Of a DNA stretch of 20,000 nucleotides, positions 8,498 to 16,840 are shown piece after piece. The stretch's first letter is position 1. Each line of letters starts with the position of its first letter. The notes beneath the pieces were generated by a model, which worked only from the letters and a program-made list of their open reading frames with translations, did not search any database and was not told the DNA's origin. A program made the position numbers and the translations under genes. The DNA comes from an uncultured virus (IMG/VR IMGVR_UViG_3300031087_000494) (taxonomy: Duplodnaviria; Heunggongvirae; Uroviricota; Caudoviricetes), in IMG/VR virus record IMGVR_UViG_3300031087_000494; one strand, written 5' to 3'.

Positions 8498-9256
8498 ATG
8501 TCCAAGACCTACAAGGATGCTCCCTACCGGATCCGCGAGAAGCGACTCGGCATCACCGACGGAGATGAGAGCTGCTCTCTCTGCCTCGAGAACAAGGGTA
8601 AGCCTCGAACCTTCACCACCGGCTTCACCGCGATCTTCTTCGCCCATGAGCTCTCTCAGCTCGAGTCCTTCCTGGAGCTCGCCGAGGAGAAGGGCTTTGA
8701 GATCCAGCAGCGCGAGGCGCAGGGCTACCTCGGCAAGGATGTCTACGAGGACTTCGGCTACAGGCTCTCCTTCCGCTCCGCCAAGTCGGCCTTCGAGGGC
8801 TACTACGACGACGAGCGCGCCATCTACTCGGAGCCTCGCGCTCTCAAGGAGAACCTCCTCTGGAATCTCACCGGAAGTGGGAAGGATGCCGACGCCAATC
8901 AGCACAGCTACGGACGCAGCGTGTCTTCCGCATTCTTCGGGCTCCCCTCTGTGTCCCACAAGCGCAACATCTTTAAGGTGATCTCTGTCTCCAAGACCTT
9001 CGAGAGCCGCTACCCTCGCTTCGGAGGTCACAGCCACGAGATCGACAGCGCGAGCTACCTCCTCGGTGGCGTTCACCACTGCCACTGCGACTACTGCGAG
9101 CCCGACGAGAAGAGCAGCAAGACTCGAGTTCGCTCGGTGACCAACGAGCTCAAGAAGGCCTACAACGGAGGCGACTACGATGCCCTCGAGGACATTGCCT
9201 CCGAGCTCGTTCGAACCAGCACCAGCGCTCAGCGCAGCGGCGACAGCATCTACTGA
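8498..9256 (+). CDS. Hypothetical protein, possibly Zn-binding
   Basis: Start reassigned to ATG 8498 (MSKTYKDAPY...) because GGAGG lies 8 nt upstream and the track start at 8456 falls in the -10 box. Contains CSLC and HHCHCDYC. Confidence 0.75.
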   Translation: MSKTYKDAPYRIREKRLGITDGDESCSLCLENKGKPRTFTTGFTAIFFAHELSQLESFLELAEEKGFEIQQREAQGYLGKDVYEDFGYRLSFRSAKSAFEGYYDDERAIYSEPRALKENLLWNLTGSGKDADANQHSYGRSVSSAFFGLPSVSHKRNIFKVISVSKTFESRYPRFGGHSHEIDSASYLLGGVHHCHCDYCEPDEKSSKTRVRSVTNELKKAYNGGDYDALEDIASELVRTSTSAQRSGDSIY

Positions 9257-9395
9257 CGGCAACCTGCGCGCCGATAGTTCTCAGGTTGCACACGCTCACG
9301 CCGAAGCGCCTTTCGGCGTGCAGCGAGGCAGCTACTGTCTTTCAGGACCGGTTCCTGACAGCCCACGACCTCAAGTAACACAGATAGGGATACCC

Positions 9396-9680
9396 ATGGC
9401 CACTGCCACCATCGAACTCGAGCTCTCCGACGGTGAAGCAACCGCTGACGGGATTCTCTCAGAGCTCCCCGAGGATCTCGATGGAGTAACCGTCGCCGTG
9501 GACTGTGGCGGCTCTGCCCTGGTCACGAGGAGCTTCACCGATCAGCTCGGGAGAGAGCTCCTCGAGGTTCGCCATGCCTCGGGGCTCGTTCTTCGGGGTC
9601 TCTCGGAGGCCATGACCAACGCCGCGCTAAAGTCGAGCTACCTGCGAGGACTTCCGGGGCTGACTGTGATCTCCGGCTGA
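9396..9680 (+). CDS. Small STAS-like (DUF4325-like) protein
   Basis: Start reassigned to ATG 9396 (MATATIEL...), AGGGA upstream. VTVAVDCGGSALVTRSFTDQL...LVLRGLSEAM resembles the STAS beta-loop-helix pattern. Confidence 0.55.
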   Translation: MATATIELELSDGEATADGILSELPEDLDGVTVAVDCGGSALVTRSFTDQLGRELLEVRHASGLVLRGLSEAMTNAALKSSYLRGLPGLTVISG

Positions 9681-9744
9681 CGGTTGCGTGACGCTACTGC
9701 CGCGAGATCTCCCGCATTTTTGCCGAAAATTATGCCTCAAAGTA

Positions 9745-9773
9745 GTGACTTCCGTTCCGCCCCGTGATACGAT
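9745..9773 (+). promoter_or_regulatory. Extended -10 promoter
   Basis: GTGACT (9745-9750), 17-nt spacer ending in TGA, TACGAT (9768-9773). Confidence 0.5.
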
Positions 9774-9796
9774 GGATTCCATTGGGAGGCGAGACC

Positions 9797-10138
9797 ATGA
9801 AGCCAGAAGTTCTACCGCAGGCACCACTGAACCTCTTCGCGGACCTAGTGCGGCTGGCGCCGCCTGAGACATCCACGAAGGCTCACATCGACGCGACGCT
9901 GAAGTACCTCGAGGACCGTCAGAATCGCTGGACTGTGGAGCAGAACCTTCGCCTTCAGAAGGCCGAGAAGCGCATCAAGCTCTGTGCCTACCTCCACGGC
10001 ATGCTCCTGGGCATCGGCCTGACTCCGGACTACAGGGTGCATCACAAGCACTTCAGCTGGTGCCCCTTCGAGGACTGGATGGGCAGCGAGTACAGCACGA
10101 TCCCGGAACTCCTCGAGCCTCTAGGAGATCAGGTGTAG
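9797..10138 (+). CDS. Hypothetical protein
   Basis: ATG 9797 (MKPEVLPQ...) with GGGAGG RBS. Codon usage matches neighbours. Confidence 0.7.
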   Translation: MKPEVLPQAPLNLFADLVRLAPPETSTKAHIDATLKYLEDRQNRWTVEQNLRLQKAEKRIKLCAYLHGMLLGIGLTPDYRVHHKHFSWCPFEDWMGSEYSTIPELLEPLGDQV

Positions 10139-10142
10139 ACCC

Positions 10143-10694
10143 ATGCAGACATTCCTTCCCTACGCAGACTACGCAGCTTCCATGGCCACCCTGGACGACA
10201 AGCGCCTCGGCAAGCAGCGCGTGGAGGCCTATCAGGCGCTTCTGCAGCTCACGAGCCTCAAGATGGTGGATTTCCCGGTCTGGGAGCCTCGCTTCGGAGG
10301 CTGGAGCCACCCCGCCATGGCCATGTGGTCGGGCCACGAGATCGAGCTCCTCAAATACATCGAGGCCTGCTGCAACGAGTGGACAAGTCGAGGGGCCAAG
10401 GACACCGTCCTGGAGAAGTCGGCCTTCACCCTGGAGCTCGCCCGGGAGGATGACTGGAGCACTGAGCCTCCGGCCTGGCTCGGCGATCCCGAGTTCCACC
10501 GAAGCCACCGCTCCAACCTCATCCGCAAGGACCCGGCTCACTACAGCCCGCTCTTCCCCGAGGACGGACCCGAGCTCGAGTATGTGTGGCCCACCACGGA
10601 GATCCCCATGAGGGACCGGAAGATCTACAACTTCAAGCGCATGATCGAGCTCAAGGAAGCTGAGTTCGAGGCCATTCGCTCAGAGGCTTCCTAA
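10143..10694 (+). CDS. Pyrimidine-dimer DNA glycosylase-like protein (DenV / MSMEG_6728 family)
   Basis: MQTFLPY, LDDKRLGKQRVEA.Q, HPAMAMWSGHE, PPAWLGDPEFHRSHRSNLIRKDP, YVWP. Confidence 0.88.
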   Translation: MQTFLPYADYAASMATLDDKRLGKQRVEAYQALLQLTSLKMVDFPVWEPRFGGWSHPAMAMWSGHEIELLKYIEACCNEWTSRGAKDTVLEKSAFTLELAREDDWSTEPPAWLGDPEFHRSHRSNLIRKDPAHYSPLFPEDGPELEYVWPTTEIPMRDRKIYNFKRMIELKEAEFEAIRSEAS

Positions 10695-10803
10695 GCCCCT
10701 CGGCACTCCAGGCGAAGCGTACCGATGGAGCTGGACTGTAGCCGTCCTAGAGCGGCTCCTGCGGCCGTAGGTGGTGCCATCGGGAATGGGACGGCAACTA
10801 CAG

Positions 10804-10832
10804 TTGACAGGAGCTGCTGATGATTGTAGGAT
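10804..10832 (+). promoter_or_regulatory. SigA-type promoter
   Basis: TTGACA (10804-10809), 17-nt spacer, TAGGAT (10827-10832). Confidence 0.8.
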
Positions 10833-10877
10833 CGGTTCCATAGTACACCACGCAACCGAACTCTAGGAATCAAGCAG

Positions 10878-11951
10878 ATGCCACTCTCCCTGACGAAGAT
10901 CACCGAGTACATGCAGCACGGCCTGAACATCTACATCACGGGCAAGGCAGGTACCGGTAAGACCGAGGTCCTCAAGGCTGCCGCCAAGAAGAACAACCTC
11001 TGCATGGGCTACATGTCTGCTCCGACCCTGGATGCCTATGTGGACCTCGTGGGTATCCCCGTGGCCAAGATGGACAAGCAGCTCAAGAAGCGCGTGCTCA
11101 AGTTCATCCGCAAGCAAGACTTCGATGACATCGAGGTGCTCTTCATCGACGAGCTCCCCCGAGGCGAGCTCAAGACCCTCAACGCGATCTTCGAGATCGT
11201 GCAGTTCGGCACCATCAACGGCGAGGTCGCCATGCCGAAGCTCAAGTGCGTGGTCGCTGCCGGCAATCCGATGACCGACGAGTACCAGGGTCAGCAGGAG
11301 CTCGACGAGGCACTCCTCGACCGCTTCGACATGTACCTCGAGACGGACACCGAAGCGGATCGGGCCTACTTCATCGGCGAGTTCGGCACTGAGATCGGAA
11401 AGGCCCTCGTGGGCTGGCACAAGGCCCACGATCACGAGGCCAACGGCTATCTCTCCCCTCGACGCCTGGAGAAGATCGGCAAGACCTGGCTGAAGATGCC
11501 GGAGCTCTCCACCATCAAGGCCATGGTGCCTCCCGGTGGACGCTTCAATGTTCAGAAGCTCCAGGATGACCTCGAGCGCGCTCGCGCCAAGGGTCTCGGT
11601 GCGCAGGCAGTGAGCAGCACCGCTCCCATCTGGGATCAGATTCCCTACATGAGCACCGGCGAGCTCCGCAAGAATCGTGAGGACATCATCCGGGTGCTCC
11701 CCGACCTGGACGCTCGGGGTCAGGCTCAGGTCACCGAGGCCCTGGCCAAGGGCCTCCAGCGAGGCTTCACCGTGGACGGGATCCTGGACAACTGGAAGGT
11801 TGCCCTGGAGTACTTCAGCCACAGCGACCGCTCCGCCCTGCTCTCGGGCTGGACCGCAAGCAAGAACAGCGAGTTCCTCCAGAAGGCCTCTGAGAAGAAG
11901 GTTTCCCTGGGGAAGAACCTCGTCAAGCCGGACTCGGTTATCAGCAACTGA
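10878..11951 (+). CDS. MoxR/dynein-related AAA+ ATPase
   Basis: Walker A GKAGTGKT, DLVGIP, Walker B LFIDE, sensor 1 AAGNP, Arg finger DEALLDRF, sensor 2 SPRR. Confidence 0.88.
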   Translation: MPLSLTKITEYMQHGLNIYITGKAGTGKTEVLKAAAKKNNLCMGYMSAPTLDAYVDLVGIPVAKMDKQLKKRVLKFIRKQDFDDIEVLFIDELPRGELKTLNAIFEIVQFGTINGEVAMPKLKCVVAAGNPMTDEYQGQQELDEALLDRFDMYLETDTEADRAYFIGEFGTEIGKALVGWHKAHDHEANGYLSPRRLEKIGKTWLKMPELSTIKAMVPPGGRFNVQKLQDDLERARAKGLGAQAVSSTAPIWDQIPYMSTGELRKNREDIIRVLPDLDARGQAQVTEALAKGLQRGFTVDGILDNWKVALEYFSHSDRSALLSGWTASKNSEFLQKASEKKVSLGKNLVKPDSVISN

Positions 11952-11957
11952 GGAACT

Positions 11958-12001
11958 CGCGCTCTGGGAGCAGTTCAGTTGACAGCTGCTCCCAGAGCGC
12001 G
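11958..12001. repeat. Perfect 16-bp inverted repeat with TTGACA in the loop
   Basis: CGCGCTCTGGGAGCAG (11958-11973) / CTGCTCCCAGAGCGCG (11986-12001). Confidence 0.95.
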
Positions 12002-12007
12002 TAGGAT
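11979..12007 (+). promoter_or_regulatory. SigA-type promoter
   Basis: TTGACA (11979-11984), 17-nt spacer, TAGGAT (12002-12007). Confidence 0.8.
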
Positions 12008-12039
12008 CGAATCGACACCGCATTCGAGCAAGGATACCC

Positions 12040-13917
12040 ATGGCCAACAGCAATAGCCTCGACGGCTACTACGCAGCCATCAACTGGCTCTCGGACCACC
12101 GGCCCCACATGGTTGGCTACATCACCGCCCTGGGTATGCCCCAGAACGATCTGCGCACTAAGCGAGCCATGGTGGTCGCCGGCCGGGACCTGAAGCCCAA
12201 GCTCTACGCCAACGACGAGTTCCTCCAGAAGATCGGTCCCGCACAGGCGGCAGGCGTGCTCGTCCACGAGTGGCGCCATGTGCTCCTCAACCACTTCAGC
12301 GAGAGCTTCGACCCCAAGCCAGCCTGGCGCTACGAGCAGGTGCTGAGCGATGCCCACGAGGTCGTCATCAATGACCACATCGAGCTCGCCGGCTACGAGC
12401 TCCCCGCCGACTGCGTTCGGGGCTCCAATCGAGGTGGCCACTTCTACGGCTACTGGACCACCGACGAGGCCTACGGTCCCATGGAAGAGTGGTACCTGAG
12501 CCAGCAGCAAGAGCCCCAGGGGAACCCCCAGAACGAGCAGGATGACTCTGACAGCTCCGACTCAGGAGATGAGAGCCAGAGCGACTCCAGCGATGGTGGC
12601 TCCAGCGACCAAAATGGATCGCAGGATCAGTCAGAAGCTAATGACGGAGGCCAGGGAGGCGACGGCGCGGGCGAGGGCCAGGCTGGAGAGTCTTCAGGTG
12701 ACGCAGAGAGCTCTGAGAGCGGTTCTTCCGAGGGTTCCTCGAGTAGCTCCAGCGAACCTTCTTCGAGCTCTCCCTCGAGCGACCAGTCCGAAGGAGATTC
12801 ACAGTCCGAAGACTCCTCCAGCCAGCAGAGCGGTGGTTCAGCCGAAAGCTCCAGCTCCGGTGGCTCTTCCTCCTCTGAGGGATCTTCCCAGGAAGGTGCA
12901 GATCAGTCTGAGGGCAGCTCGACCGCCGATGCTGCCAGCCAGGGAGCCTCCCCTTCGGCAGACGGTCCGAGCGACGGCGGCTCGCAGGATGACGGAAGCT
13001 GCGACAATGGCACGGGCCTCGTCGAGGACGCCGACGGCGATCTTCGGGAGATGACCAAGGACGAACTCGAGGACTTCCTCGACGAGCTCAATCGGCGAGT
13101 AGCTGAGGCAATCCGTCAGCAGCCCATGCCCGATGAGGAGACGCCCGAGGAAGACGAGCTCGACTCCATGGATCAGGAGGTCGCTGAGGCCATCGATCCG
13201 AGCCGAGCTCAGGGCTACTCCAAGGCCGGCACCATGAGCGCAGCTGAGAAGGTTCTCGCCGGTGGTAAGCTCCACCTGGGCTGGCTCAAGCTCCTTCAGC
13301 GCATCAACCCCAATGTGGGTAAGGAAGACGGAGGCATCAACAGCAAGGCTGCCTATAACTGGGCCCGGCCTCGCCGTAGCACCTCGCTGGTTCGAGGCGC
13401 CAACCTCCCCTCCCCCGGAGCGCCTCGCGACCGTGGGGCTGGAGGCAAGCTTCGACCCACGGTGCTCATCGCTCTGGACTTCTCCCTGTCCATCGACCGG
13501 AGGCTCGCTCACGCCATGAAGGACATGGCCCAGAGCATCCCAGAACAGCACATCGAGGCCAGGTGCTTCACCTTCTCCACGATAGCCATTCCCTTCGACT
13601 TTAGGGCTTCGAGCAACCGCACCGCTTCAGGTGGCACTGACTTCAGCTGCATCGAGGTCGAGGCTCGCAAGATCCAGAAGCAGACCGGGGAGTACCCCTA
13701 TGTGATGTGCCTCACCGACGGTCAGGCCTGGTTCGGAGGCGGCTACGGTGGGGCAACCGGCCTTGCCCCTACCGCCCAGCAGCTCAAGGATCGCTGGCTC
13801 TGGGTGGATGTGCTCACCGAGGATGACGACCGAGCCTTCACGAGCTCGACTCCCTACCCTCAGGTGAAGGCACAGGCCAACAAGTCCGCTCTTCCCTACG
13901 ACCGCAGCAAGCTCTAG
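12040..13917 (+). CDS. DUF2201-like metallopeptidase-vWA protein (MoxR partner) with long low-complexity linker
   Basis: N-terminal VLVHEWRHVLLNH (HExxH) and EVVIND; S/G/D/E/Q-rich linker; NWARPRR; vWA MIDAS DFSLS, GGTDF, LTDG. Directly follows the AAA+ ATPase. Confidence 0.85.
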   Translation: MANSNSLDGYYAAINWLSDHRPHMVGYITALGMPQNDLRTKRAMVVAGRDLKPKLYANDEFLQKIGPAQAAGVLVHEWRHVLLNHFSESFDPKPAWRYEQVLSDAHEVVINDHIELAGYELPADCVRGSNRGGHFYGYWTTDEAYGPMEEWYLSQQQEPQGNPQNEQDDSDSSDSGDESQSDSSDGGSSDQNGSQDQSEANDGGQGGDGAGEGQAGESSGDAESSESGSSEGSSSSSSEPSSSSPSSDQSEGDSQSEDSSSQQSGGSAESSSSGGSSSSEGSSQEGADQSEGSSTADAASQGASPSADGPSDGGSQDDGSCDNGTGLVEDADGDLREMTKDELEDFLDELNRRVAEAIRQQPMPDEETPEEDELDSMDQEVAEAIDPSRAQGYSKAGTMSAAEKVLAGGKLHLGWLKLLQRINPNVGKEDGGINSKAAYNWARPRRSTSLVRGANLPSPGAPRDRGAGGKLRPTVLIALDFSLSIDRRLAHAMKDMAQSIPEQHIEARCFTFSTIAIPFDFRASSNRTASGGTDFSCIEVEARKIQKQTGEYPYVMCLTDGQAWFGGGYGGATGLAPTAQQLKDRWLWVDVLTEDDDRAFTSSTPYPQVKAQANKSALPYDRSKL

Positions 13918-13938
13918 ACTTCAGGAAGTAGAAGAACC

Positions 13939-14346
13939 ATGGCTAAGCCCAAGAGGATCAAGCGGAAGCTCGCTGCTGAGACCATCCGAGCGAGCATCCT
14001 TCACGGACGATCGGACGGCGCTCTCTGGGGTGTTCCTCAGGAGGATGGCAACGACCGGCCCCTCTGGCAGGAGAACCGCTGGCGATTCTCCATGGGAGAA
14101 AGCGTCTGGACAGAAAACGCCTATCAGGCGGGGTACTCGAGATCCTTCGGTAGAGCCAAGGAGGCTCGAATGGCGACCATGATCCCTGAGGAAATCAGGG
14201 AGGCTGAGCGCACGGTCGAGCGCAATCGTGTGCTCTTCTGGGAGACTCGAAGCCAACGAGAGATGCGGCTCCTTCGAGAGCGTGTGGAGCTCGCCGAACA
14301 GCGTGCCGAAGTGGCCGAGCAGAGGGCACTGGCGGCTCAGAAATAG
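13939..14346 (+). CDS. Hypothetical protein with C-terminal coiled coil
   Basis: Fills the gap on the + strand; basic N-terminus; repeated ELAEQRAEVAEQRA. Confidence 0.65.
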   Translation: MAKPKRIKRKLAAETIRASILHGRSDGALWGVPQEDGNDRPLWQENRWRFSMGESVWTENAYQAGYSRSFGRAKEARMATMIPEEIREAERTVERNRVLFWETRSQREMRLLRERVELAEQRAEVAEQRALAAQK

Positions 14347-14380
14347 TTTCGTCTGAAATCCCACTATCCTATCGCGGGAG

Positions 14381-14409
14381 TTGACAGACGCGCCGCGATT
14401 GGTTAGGAT
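14381..14409 (+). promoter_or_regulatory. SigA-type promoter
   Basis: TTGACA (14381-14386), 17-nt spacer, TAGGAT (14404-14409). Inverted segments TATCCTA/TAGGATA and ATCGCGG/CCGCGAT overlap it. Confidence 0.8.
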
Positions 14410-14455
14410 AAATCCAAGGAAAAACGAACGCTACGAGCAGCAGGAGAAGCATCAG

Positions 14456-16813
14456 GTGAAGATCCGTACCGAAGTCTTCAAGAATACCTCGGATTTTGAG
14501 GGCCGCAAGGGTAGCGCTACCCTGAACATGGACCGGCTGTCGCTCTTCATGGACAACATGATCAGCAACTACAACTACCCCGAGCTCGCCGTGCTCCGTG
14601 AGTGGGTCTCCAACGCCCACGATGCCCATGTGGCAGCCGGAGTGAAGAAGCCCGTCAAGGTCACGCTCCCCTCCAACCTCAGCCCGACGCTCATCGTCCA
14701 GGACTTCGGCGAGGGCATGAGCACCGACTTCGTCGAGAATGTCTACCTCGACTTCGGTAGCTCCTCCAAGAACCTGGGCAACGACCAGATCGGCGGCTTC
14801 GGCATCGGCGGTAAGTCGGCCCTGGCCATCGCTTCTCAGTACACCATGACCACGATCTCCCAGGGTCTCAAGAGCGTCTACATCTTCGAGCGCTCCCCCA
14901 AGGGCGGCGTGGACTTCAAGAACCCGATCTACGAGATCCCCACCGATGAGCCCAGCGGTGTCGTCGTCCAGGTCGCGGTGGATCGAGTCGGCCAGTTCAC
15001 CGACACCAACCTCAACCGGGTCCTCGCTGGCTGGTCCAACGCCGACATCTCGCTGAACACCGGCAAGGAGTTCTTCTCGATCCCGGACAACTCCAGCCCG
15101 GTGGACTTCGAGCTCGACTTCACGGACTACAGCCTCCAGGGCCAGGAAGAATTCGAGGAGGATGTGCGCTCCGAGAAGGGCTTCGTGCTCCACGGAGCCC
15201 TGAACGCTGAGGGCAAGGGCAAGCAGCTCTCCCGGGAGCTCGGACTGAGCTGGAACGAGTATGTGGTCCTCGTGGGTCCCGTGGCCTATGTGTTCAGCCC
15301 CGAGGGCTTCAACGGCGGAGACTCCGTTCGCAACTTCATGGTCCCCTCGCTCAACATCGGCGATGTGTCCTTCCCGTCGAGCCGTGAGGTCATCGAGCCC
15401 ACCCGGGCCAATCGGACCACCGTCTCCAACGCCTTCGAGAAGATCACCACGAAGGCCTTCGATCTCCTGCAGGCCAAGGCCGATGGAGTCGGCAGCCGGG
15501 CTGAAGCGCTCACGCTCCACCGTTCTCCCCTGGCCCAGAGCCACCAGGGCAAGATCAAGATCAGCTTCAAGGGTGAGGAAGTTCCCACGACCTTCACCAC
15601 CGACAGCGACCGGGAGATCTACGCCTACCAGCACACCGGTGGCTGGCAGGGCATCAAGAACTACAAGCTCAGCCTCGAGGAGGGCTTCGCCAACGGTGCA
15701 GTGCGAACACTCCCCCTGAAGATCCAGACCCTGGTGATCCTCGACGACGACAGCTCCTCTCAGTCTGTCCGCAACAATGTGCGGGCCCGTCACAGCTCCC
15801 TGGGCCACAAGCCCAAGGATCTCGGCGGCTACCTGGTGATGACCAAGAAGGCCAACAAGTGGCTCAAGGCTGCAGCTGATACCACCATCACCTCGAGCGA
15901 GCTCGCCGCTGTGGCCAAGGAGCACCGCCGCAAGGAGCGCGAGGCGAAGGCCGCCGCCAAGGCTGCTGGAACCGCTCCGACGCCCGCAGTCAAGATGACT
16001 CGCCGGGACCGCATCGGCGAGTACCGGGCCGAGTGGCTCGAGTTCTCCAGGACCCCCGAGGGCAAGCTCGAGGTTCGCAGGGTCGATGGGGATCTCATGG
16101 AGTTCCACGACGGCCTCTACGACCCCAAGAAGACCCTGGTGATGAGCACCAACTCGAGCTCCTACAGCCCTGAGGCCTTCGCGAACTACTTCGAGACCTT
16201 CTCCGTGGACCCGCAGGATGCTCAGTTCCTGCGCGTTCACACTGGAGCCAAGGAGGAGACGCTTCGCCATCTCCTCGGCTCCGAGGTCACCATCATGGAC
16301 TTCGAGCCCTGGATGGAGAAGAACTTCGCTAGCCTCGCCAGCTACAAGGGTCGCACTCCGGCCGAGATCTCCCGGGAGATCCCCTTCAGCCTCGACAGCG
16401 CCTCGGTCTCGCTGATCAAAACTCTCGGCGTGGACACGCTCCACCCGAAGTACGCCGAGTTCCTGAAGCTTCAGGCAGAGCTCGAAGAGGCGGAGAAGGC
16501 CATCAGCGAGAACAACCGGGGCTATTACTACTACGGTGGCCCCGGAAGCCTCATGCGCCGAATCCTGCAGGACTTCGGCAAGTCCGTCCGCAACGACCGG
16601 GCAGAATTCTTCTTCCTCAGCAGCCTCGGCTACATCCGGATCCACAATCTCGAGGATCGGGAGTACGACGCTCTGCGCCAGACCCTGAACCAGATGGTGG
16701 TCAACTGGCTCGACAACCTGGCCATGGAAGAGGCAGAGGCAGAAGACGCCGCTGAGGAGAGCGCCAAGGCAGAGGCTGAGAAGCCCCTGCAGGCGGTGTC
16801 CAACGCCGGCTGA
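14456..16813 (+). CDS. rIIA: RIIA-like protein (N-terminal HSP90-type GHKL ATPase)
   Basis: LREWVSNAHDAH, VQDFGEGMS, SSSKN...IGGFGIGGKS, EPSGV, SSREV; adjacent to an rIIB-like gene. Start reassigned to GTG 14456 (AGGAG at 14442-14446) because the track start at 14381 is the -35 box. Confidence 0.85.
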   Translation: MKIRTEVFKNTSDFEGRKGSATLNMDRLSLFMDNMISNYNYPELAVLREWVSNAHDAHVAAGVKKPVKVTLPSNLSPTLIVQDFGEGMSTDFVENVYLDFGSSSKNLGNDQIGGFGIGGKSALAIASQYTMTTISQGLKSVYIFERSPKGGVDFKNPIYEIPTDEPSGVVVQVAVDRVGQFTDTNLNRVLAGWSNADISLNTGKEFFSIPDNSSPVDFELDFTDYSLQGQEEFEEDVRSEKGFVLHGALNAEGKGKQLSRELGLSWNEYVVLVGPVAYVFSPEGFNGGDSVRNFMVPSLNIGDVSFPSSREVIEPTRANRTTVSNAFEKITTKAFDLLQAKADGVGSRAEALTLHRSPLAQSHQGKIKISFKGEEVPTTFTTDSDREIYAYQHTGGWQGIKNYKLSLEEGFANGAVRTLPLKIQTLVILDDDSSSQSVRNNVRARHSSLGHKPKDLGGYLVMTKKANKWLKAAADTTITSSELAAVAKEHRRKEREAKAAAKAAGTAPTPAVKMTRRDRIGEYRAEWLEFSRTPEGKLEVRRVDGDLMEFHDGLYDPKKTLVMSTNSSSYSPEAFANYFETFSVDPQDAQFLRVHTGAKEETLRHLLGSEVTIMDFEPWMEKNFASLASYKGRTPAEISREIPFSLDSASVSLIKTLGVDTLHPKYAEFLKLQAELEEAEKAISENNRGYYYYGGPGSLMRRILQDFGKSVRNDRAEFFFLSSLGYIRIHNLEDREYDALRQTLNQMVVNWLDNLAMEEAEAEDAAEESAKAEAEKPLQAVSNAG

Positions 16814-16840
16814 GAGCCCCCGCCGGGGGTTGTGCTCAGC
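16809..16840 (+). terminator. GC-rich hairpin after the rIIA stop, overlapping the next -35
   Basis: GCTGAG-AGCCCCC-gcc-GGGGGTT-gtg-CTCAGC; no U-tract. Confidence 0.45.

Noticed and set aside
9180..9395. Long N-terminal extension of the 9180-9680 ORF given in the track
   Set aside because: It overlaps the previous gene and the hairpin region; ATG 9396 has an RBS and begins the domain-like sequence.
10725..10820. 31-codon ORF (MELDCSRP...) in the intergenic gap
   Set aside because: No RBS, atypical codon usage, and it overlaps the stem structure and promoter.
10817..10862. CTGATGA resembling a hammerhead ribozyme core
   Set aside because: No stem II directly after it and no correctly placed GAAA; it lies within a promoter spacer.
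361..14364. Other minus-strand and alternative-frame ORFs (e.g. 361-1014, 3338-4417, 8474-9262, 10863-12053, 13921-14364)
   Set aside because: Shadow ORFs typical of high-GC DNA, overlapping better-supported + strand genes.
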